From an uncultured Gammaproteobacteria bacterium (GTDB lineage: Bacteria > Patescibacteriota > Microgenomatia > Levybacterales > GWA1-39-11): a stretch of DNA of 64,000 nucleotides. Position 1 is the first letter of the stretch. Each line of letters opens with the position of its first letter. The notes under the pieces are model-generated. The model saw only the letters and a program-made list of their open reading frames with translations. It did no database searches and was not told the DNA's origin. Shown piece after piece: positions 59,281-64,000 of the stretch. Location of the stretch: contig CAZDED010000001.1 of the NCBI GenBank assembly GCA_964504535.1, forward strand, positions 101,804 through 165,803, in the 5' to 3' direction. Position numbers and translations under genes: made by a program.

Positions 59281-59375
59281 TCATCATAGATGCTACAAGC
59301 TTCGCATATACCTTTGCCAATGGTGTACCAGTTGCCTCTGTTAGAGAAAAGGGGGATTGTTTCAAATATATTCTA

Positions 59376-61028
59376 CTAGGGGTTGAGTTTTGATCCGTCG
59401 AGGAGTTCGCTGATTTGCTTTATTATTTTGTCATGATACTTAAATTGTTTTATGACGGCAATTATATAGAAAGCTTCTTTGATATCAAGTAACCATGTGA
59501 AAAAAATATAGGCAACAATTCCAGTTGTTGATGCAATTCCGGTTAAAATAAGCAGATTTATGGTTCTTGTTGTGTCAAAAACTAATTGATCCAAGAGCTT
59601 TATCGGAATATATAAAGCTACTCCCATAACCAAAGTTGCTGTCAGAATTTTTAACGTTGTTATAACTATCTCAAGTTTTGGCAAGGTGATTTTTGCGTTA
59701 AGGGTTATGAGTAAAAGTATAAAACTCATAATATTACCTATTGTGAACGATACCCCAAGATAATAGACAGGAAGCTTTAGGAACAAAATAAAATAATAAG
59801 AAAGGGCAATATTAATAATTACGGAAAACAGTGTTATAAAAAATGGTGTTTGTGAATCTTTCAATGCAAAAAATGCTCTTGAAAAAAGATAGATTGCACT
59901 TTGGGCTGCTATTGAAATCCCAAGAAGTGCCAGCGTAAGACCTGTTGCAACAGTAGCATCCCAATCAAACCGTGATGCTCCAAAAAACAACCGAACAATT
60001 GGGATCCTCAAAACAACAAGAAGCGCACTTATCGGAAGCGTAAGATACATGATTTGATTGAGAGAGCTAACAAAAATCGAAACAAATTCCTGAGGTTCTT
60101 TTGACTTAAGAGAAAGTGATGGGAAGGAAGCCTGTGCAATTGATTGGCCAAACAATAGTACTGGGGCAAGCATTAATGTTTGCGCTAACTCAAGTATTAC
60201 AAGTCCGCGGGCTGTCGTAAAGGAAGCAAAGAAAACGTTAGCAGTAATTGCAATCTGCGCGATGAGTAATGTTAAAGACCGTGGAACCATTAAGGCTGCG
60301 ATTTTTCTCACTGCATAATCACGATGGAGAGTGAACCGAAAACGAAAGCCAGTTCCTCGAAGCAATGGAAGCTGTGCCGCAAAAAAGAAAAATGCTCCGA
60401 TGACTACTCCAAAAGTCGCTCCGTATATACCCAAATGAAAAATTCCAGAAAGAACAGTTATCCCAATTATTATCCCAAGATTATATAAGGCAGATGCTAT
60501 CCCTGGAACCAAAAAATGTTGAAAAGACTGCAAAACTCCGGAAAATACAGTTCCTACAACAAAAAACACCTCAGATATCTGGATTATGATCATGAGATTT
60601 GCCATAAGCTCTATCTCACGGTCAGAAAATCCTGGAGCAACAGCGCGGGCTAGGGGGTGAGCAAATACAACTATAAAAACAGAAATGATCACAAAAACAA
60701 GAACCCCGTAGGATAGAATGGCAGAGGTAAATCTATTTGCCTCATCTTTTTTGTTTTGGGATACAAATTCAGAAAAAATTGGAATAAATGAGGTAGAAAG
60801 TGCGCCCGTTATAAATATCTGAAAAAGAAAATCAGGAACCCTAAAAGATGCTAAAAATACACCCAGATCACTTGATGCTCCAAATATGGCAACAAGAAGC
60901 CTATATTTGAATAGTCCCAGAACTTGACCAAATATTGTTGTTGCCACAATAAAAAAAGCAGCTGTAAAAATATTTGACTGCTTTAATGTTAACGCTTGTA
61001 GTCCCTTTTTAAAAATGTCTTTTACCAT
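59376..61028 (-). CDS. murJ: Lipid II flippase MurJ (MviN family).
   Basis: The product has 14 predicted TM helices. The N-terminus (FFIVATTIFGQVLGLFKYRLLVAIFGASSDLGVFLASFRVPDFLFQ) matches the MurJ signature, and it has conserved Arg/Asp in the central cavity helices. Confidence 0.85.
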   Translation of the reverse strand: MVKDIFKKGLQALTLKQSNIFTAAFFIVATTIFGQVLGLFKYRLLVAIFGASSDLGVFLASFRVPDFLFQIFITGALSTSFIPIFSEFVSQNKKDEANRFTSAILSYGVLVFVIISVFIVVFAHPLARAVAPGFSDREIELMANLMIIIQISEVFFVVGTVFSGVLQSFQHFLVPGIASALYNLGIIIGITVLSGIFHLGIYGATFGVVIGAFFFFAAQLPLLRGTGFRFRFTLHRDYAVRKIAALMVPRSLTLLIAQIAITANVFFASFTTARGLVILELAQTLMLAPVLLFGQSIAQASFPSLSLKSKEPQEFVSIFVSSLNQIMYLTLPISALLVVLRIPIVRLFFGASRFDWDATVATGLTLALLGISIAAQSAIYLFSRAFFALKDSQTPFFITLFSVIINIALSYYFILFLKLPVYYLGVSFTIGNIMSFILLLITLNAKITLPKLEIVITTLKILTATLVMGVALYIPIKLLDQLVFDTTRTINLLILTGIASTTGIVAYIFFTWLLDIKEAFYIIAVIKQFKYHDKIIKQISELLDGSKLNP

Positions 61029-61098
61029 TGTTTGTTTATCAGATACTACTAAACAAACAATGTCGAAACATTAATTTCTTAATGTTGTCCCATTGTTT
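61026..61098. promoter_or_regulatory. Cluster of three inverted repeats spanning the murJ start codon and the region upstream of the rpsT promoter.
   Basis: A 12-bp IR (CATTGTTTGTTT, 61026-61037) pairs with AAACAAACAATG (61051-61062). An 8-bp IR pairs AAACAATG (61055-61062) with CATTGTTT (61091-61098). A second 8-bp IR pairs AACATTAA (61067-61074) with TTAATGTT (61079-61086) across a 4-nt loop. Confidence 0.4.
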
Positions 61099-61118
61099 AT
61101 TTTTTGAGGCTTCTTTTC

Positions 61119-61147
61119 TTGTAATTGGTCTTTATCCATGTTAGAAT
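61119..61147 (+). promoter_or_regulatory. Sigma-70-like promoter for rpsT (TTGTAA-17-TAGAAT).
   Basis: The -35 is at 61119-61124 and the -10 at 61142-61147, with a 17-nt spacer, ~33 nt upstream of the rpsT ATG. Confidence 0.5.
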
Positions 61148-61179
61148 AACCAAGTTCCGAATACAATACATTTAAATTT

Positions 61180-61506
61180 ATGCCAGTAATTAAATCAGCA
61201 ATTAAGAAATTGCGACAAGATAAAAAAAGAGAAAAAGCTAATGACGCGCTCCGAGACTCATTGAAAAACGCCGTCAGAAGCGCTAAAAAAACCAAAACAG
61301 GTAAGTCTGTTGCTAAAGCTGTTGCTATAGTCGATAAAGCAGCAAAGCAAAACATAATTCACGGAAATAAGGCATCCCGCCTCAAATCTTCACTAAACAA
61401 ACTAGCAAAACCTGTGTCAGTAAAAAAGGCTGACATTAAAGAAACGAAAGCCGTCAAGAAAACTGCTCCAGTCAAAAAAACAGCAGTCAAAAAAGCTTCT
61501 AAGTAG
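61180..61506 (+). CDS. rpsT: 30S ribosomal protein S20 with a Lys-rich C-terminal extension.
   Basis: MPVIKSAIKKLRQDKKREKANDALRDSLKNAVRSAKK...AAKQNIIHGNKASRLKSSLNKLAK matches the S20 pattern. Confidence 0.85.
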   Translation: MPVIKSAIKKLRQDKKREKANDALRDSLKNAVRSAKKTKTGKSVAKAVAIVDKAAKQNIIHGNKASRLKSSLNKLAKPVSVKKADIKETKAVKKTAPVKKTAVKKASK

Positions 61507-61606
61507 TTTTTGATATAGCCTCATTTTTTCCGCATTTTGCTTTGACAATCCCTCAAAAAAACTCTACACTGAGATAAGTACCAGTGCAATTACTGGCTTA
61601 TTAGCT

Positions 61607-62179
61607 ATGGCAAAAAAAGCGGCTCCAAAAATAAATATCAACCTTAGCTCGGCTGGAAAAGCAACGGTAGGAAAAGTTGTCTACGGGTGGACCATTGATG
61701 CTGGACGCGCAATAATTGTTGGGATAGAACTAATTGCTCTGGCTGCCTTGGGATATCGATTTATTATCGACAGACAAATAGTCGATCTCCATGATCAAAT
61801 AAAAACACAAGAAGTCTACATTGCAGCTCAATCAAGCGATGAAAAAAGATTCAGAAGTATTCAAGAACGTCTTAAAAACATAAAGACAACAAATGAACAA
61901 ACTGAAGCCAAAGTTCAAATCATGAACGAAATCCTAAAAGTAATTTCATCAGGAACATTTTTCGCAACTAATTTGTCCATCAATAACAACAGTATTCTCG
62001 TAGACGGTAGTACTTTTTCTATCTATACACTTACCGATTTTCTCAATAATCTCAAGAAATTTCCTTCAGTTGCAGCCATATCAATTGACGAGATCAATAC
62101 TGCCGATGAAGGGGTGAGATTTAAGACACGCATTGATATTAAAGATATCGCACCAACACCAAAAGTAAAAACTAAATAA
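61607..62179 (+). CDS. PilN-like bitopic membrane protein (type IV pilus alignment subcomplex candidate).
   Basis: The 190-aa product has an N-terminal TM (GRAIIVGIELIALAALGYRFI), a coiled-coil and a C-terminal alpha/beta region. It sits immediately upstream of a PilO-like gene. Confidence 0.4.
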   Translation: MAKKAAPKININLSSAGKATVGKVVYGWTIDAGRAIIVGIELIALAALGYRFIIDRQIVDLHDQIKTQEVYIAAQSSDEKRFRSIQERLKNIKTTNEQTEAKVQIMNEILKVISSGTFFATNLSINNNSILVDGSTFSIYTLTDFLNNLKKFPSVAAISIDEINTADEGVRFKTRIDIKDIAPTPKVKTK

Positions 62180-62180
62180 T

Positions 62181-62804
62181 ATGTTTAAAGACAAAGATAA
62201 ATTGAAAACTGAAATAAAGAGCCTCATAGACAAAGGGAATGCGATGTTAAATGCTAGTCAAAATAAGCAACGGGTGACTGCATATCTCTATATAATTTTT
62301 TCCCTTTTCGCATTATCATTCTTTGGTATATTTGCCATCGGCCCCACAATCACAACGATTTCAAATCTCAACAAACAACTTGAAGAGGATAAGTCTGCAC
62401 TAAAACAACTTCAAGATAAAAATGCCGCCTTAAAATCTCTAAGCGCTCAATATCTTGAAATAGAACCACAGCTCGAACTGATAGAAAACGCCATTCCACA
62501 GAGTTCGAAAGTTGCTGATATTTCCAGACAACTAGAACTATTAACGGTTAAGCACAATCTTATCGTTCAAAAATTAGATAGTGGGCTTATGGAATTGTAT
62601 CCGGCTAAAAATACGAATAGCCCAATATTTTCCTTCTTATTTTCTATTGGCGTAAGTGGTACCGAGCAAGATATCAATGCATTTATTGGCGACCTTATTA
62701 ATATGGGGAGAATTATAGGAATTGAGAAGCTTACAACCGGAAAACAACAAAACAATCAATTCTCAGCATCAATAACCGGTCGTGCCTTTTTCTATAAGGA
62801 GTAG
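62181..62804 (+). CDS. PilO-like bitopic membrane protein.
   Basis: It has an N-terminal TM (VTAYLYIIFSLFALSFFGIFAIGP), a long coiled-coil (SNLNKQLEEDKSALKQLQDKNAALKSLSAQYLEIEPQLELIENAIP) and a C-terminal globular domain. The size and topology are typical of PilO. Confidence 0.45.
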   Translation: MFKDKDKLKTEIKSLIDKGNAMLNASQNKQRVTAYLYIIFSLFALSFFGIFAIGPTITTISNLNKQLEEDKSALKQLQDKNAALKSLSAQYLEIEPQLELIENAIPQSSKVADISRQLELLTVKHNLIVQKLDSGLMELYPAKNTNSPIFSFLFSIGVSGTEQDINAFIGDLINMGRIIGIEKLTTGKQQNNQFSASITGRAFFYKE

Positions 62805-62884
62805 TTTAACTTTCTTGAATTAAACTACTCCGCATATGAGCAAGTGCTAACGAGCGAAATACAGAGAATGAGCTTTTAAAAAAT

Positions 62885-63220
62885 ATGTTAAAAAATCTTT
62901 TACTATTGGCAGGATTTAGCACATTTGTTGTCATTGTTATTGTTGGCTTGAATGTATTCCATGATCATGAAGTTTCTTCTTTACCTTCTTCCACTCAAAT
63001 ACATATAACTGCTATTACGCCAAATTTCGATGTCAAAACCCTCAATAATTTGAAAAAAAGATCAGCAATCTCAGTAAGTCTCCAAGAAAAAAGTGCCGTA
63101 GTTTCTGAAGACTCGAAGCAAACAACAACGCTTCCGACCCCATCAATTAGTCTTACTCCAGTTACTGCAACAAAAAGTGCCATTCCTATCATTACTATTA
63201 CGCCCGTTGTGCAACCGTAA
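62885..63220 (+). CDS. Small membrane-anchored Ser/Thr-rich protein (PilP-like position).
   Basis: The 111-aa product has an N-terminal TM (LLLAGFSTFVVIVIVGLNVF) and a Ser/Thr/Pro-rich tail. Confidence 0.3.
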   Translation: MLKNLLLLAGFSTFVVIVIVGLNVFHDHEVSSLPSSTQIHITAITPNFDVKTLNNLKKRSAISVSLQEKSAVVSEDSKQTTTLPTPSISLTPVTATKSAIPIITITPVVQP

Positions 63221-63223
63221 AAT

Positions 63224-64000
63224 ATGAAAAAAGGTTTATTTAATAAAAGAATCCCAACCATGGTTGCTCTCCTTATCCTCGTGGCGGTTATAGGAATATC
63301 AACTTATCTTATTCAGAAAGGGGTTTTTTATGTCGGAAAAGCCGCTCCTGATACTCAACCACAAAATGTATCAATCAACAATGTCACTGACACCTCCTTT
63401 ACTGTTGTTTTTACGACTGCTGGGCTTACAGACTCTGTTATTGGTATGAATGATGCGACTGCGGGCAATTCTATAATATTTGACGATAGAGATAAAAAAA
63501 CTGGAACACATAATAAATATTATTCTCACCACATAACTGTTCCTAACTTATCGCCAAATACTTCCTATACTTTTAAACTAATAGTTGGAGGAAAAGATTA
63601 TCTTAGTAGTGGATATTCTGTCAAAACCGGTGGACAAATAACTACTCCACCCCCTAGCCAAAACCCGATTTTTGGAAAGATAATCCTTCCCGATGGAACT
63701 CCGGGCAGCGATTCCGTAGTTGTGTTCAAGACTGGAGGAGCTGGACAAGTTTCAGCAGTAACGGATCTTAAAGGAGAATTTATAATCCCCACTAATTCAA
63801 TACGGGATACCACAAACAGTTCGTATGTGATTCTTGACAATGACTCAACCATAACAATTACTGCTTATCGTGAATTGATGAGCGCGTCTGTTACAACGAA
63901 TTTTAGGGTAGCACAAAATCTACCCCCCATAACTCTACAACAGCAATACATATTCACCCAGGCAGAAGAAAAAATATCAACTATGAGTTCTCAGCTTACT
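63224..64000 (+). CDS. Membrane-anchored secreted protein with an FN3/PAP-N-like domain and a CarboxypepD-reg-like beta-sandwich. It is partial and runs off the window end.
   Basis: My own translation from the ATG at 63224 gives MKKGLFNKRIPTMVALLILVAVIGISTYLI (a signal anchor). PQNVSINNVTDTSFTVVFTT...NTSYTFKLIVGG is an FN3-like strand pattern. GKIILPDGTPGSDSVVVFKTGG...GEFIIP is a CarboxypepD_reg-like pattern. There is no stop before position 64000. Confidence 0.5.
   Translation, partial: MKKGLFNKRIPTMVALLILVAVIGISTYLIQKGVFYVGKAAPDTQPQNVSINNVTDTSFTVVFTTAGLTDSVIGMNDATAGNSIIFDDRDKKTGTHNKYYSHHITVPNLSPNTSYTFKLIVGGKDYLSSGYSVKTGGQITTPPPSQNPIFGKIILPDGTPGSDSVVVFKTGGAGQVSAVTDLKGEFIIPTNSIRDTTNSSYVILDNDSTITITAYRELMSASVTTNFRVAQNLPPITLQQQYIFTQAEEKISTMSSQLT

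Noticed and set aside
61071-61355. Minus-strand 94-aa ORF.
   Set aside because: It is antisense to rpsT and therefore spurious.

Overview
This is a low-GC (~38%), gene-dense bacterial fragment that uses the standard genetic code (TGA serves as a stop). Its gene content fits a small-genome, monoderm-like lineage, possibly CPR/Patescibacteria, although I cannot confirm taxonomy from the sequence. The main content, in order along the window, is as follows.

- **Tandem surface proteins (1-4387).** Three paralogous minus-strand genes encode secreted Asn/Thr/Gly-rich repeat proteins whose repeat modules are separated by Cys pairs. One of the three runs off the window start.
- **Small proteins (4609-5496).** A DUF2292-like small protein and a DUF4352-like membrane-anchored protein follow.
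- **Efflux cluster (5802-13880).** A MacA-like adaptor, a MacB ATPase and an FtsX-type permease are followed by a second HlyD adaptor and a 1115-aa RND pump.
- **Housekeeping and envelope genes (13843-20443).** An HhH-GPD glycosylase, a SIMPL protein, tgt, two Thr/Pro-rich envelope proteins, a DUF360/holin-family protein, a polyprenyl synthetase and a D-2-hydroxyacid dehydrogenase.
- **Membrane-anchored Clp paralog (20471-23160).** An Hsp100-like ATPase with two N-terminal TM helices and a degenerate NBD1 Walker B is tightly linked to a small membrane protein.
- **Type IV pilus locus (23304-31827).** pilB and pilC are followed by a GspH-like pseudopilin, a 993-aa modular pilin, a PilW-like and a PilX-like minor pilin, an unknown protein, and the major pilin.
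- **Heat-shock operon (31881-44305).** Nine co-directional minus-strand genes under a CIRCE/sigma-A promoter:
  - hrcA, grpE and dnaK at the head of the operon.
  - A VirB2-like small membrane protein and a 700-aa polytopic membrane protein.
  - A ClpB/C-like ATPase.
  - A Cys-containing anchored protein and a thermolysin-like M4 protease.
  - dnaJ at the tail.

  I regard this as the most unusual system in the window.
- **Translation and stress genes (44706-47606).** metG, hsp20 and a PEGA/SH3b protein.
- **Envelope glycan module (47681-53025).** A UbiA prenyltransferase, a WecA/MraY-type transferase, a GT39-like glycosyltransferase and a processive GT2.
- **Remaining genes (53028-64000).** tatD, groEL, groES, a PKD-domain surface protein, lepA (whose start appears to be non-canonical), murJ and rpsT. 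PilN/PilO-like genes and a truncated FN3/CarboxypepD-reg-like secreted protein close the window.

No rRNA or tRNA genes and no CRISPR array were found. No transposase or other recognisable mobile-element gene was noticed. All functional calls rest on motif recognition by eye and need confirmation by homology search.
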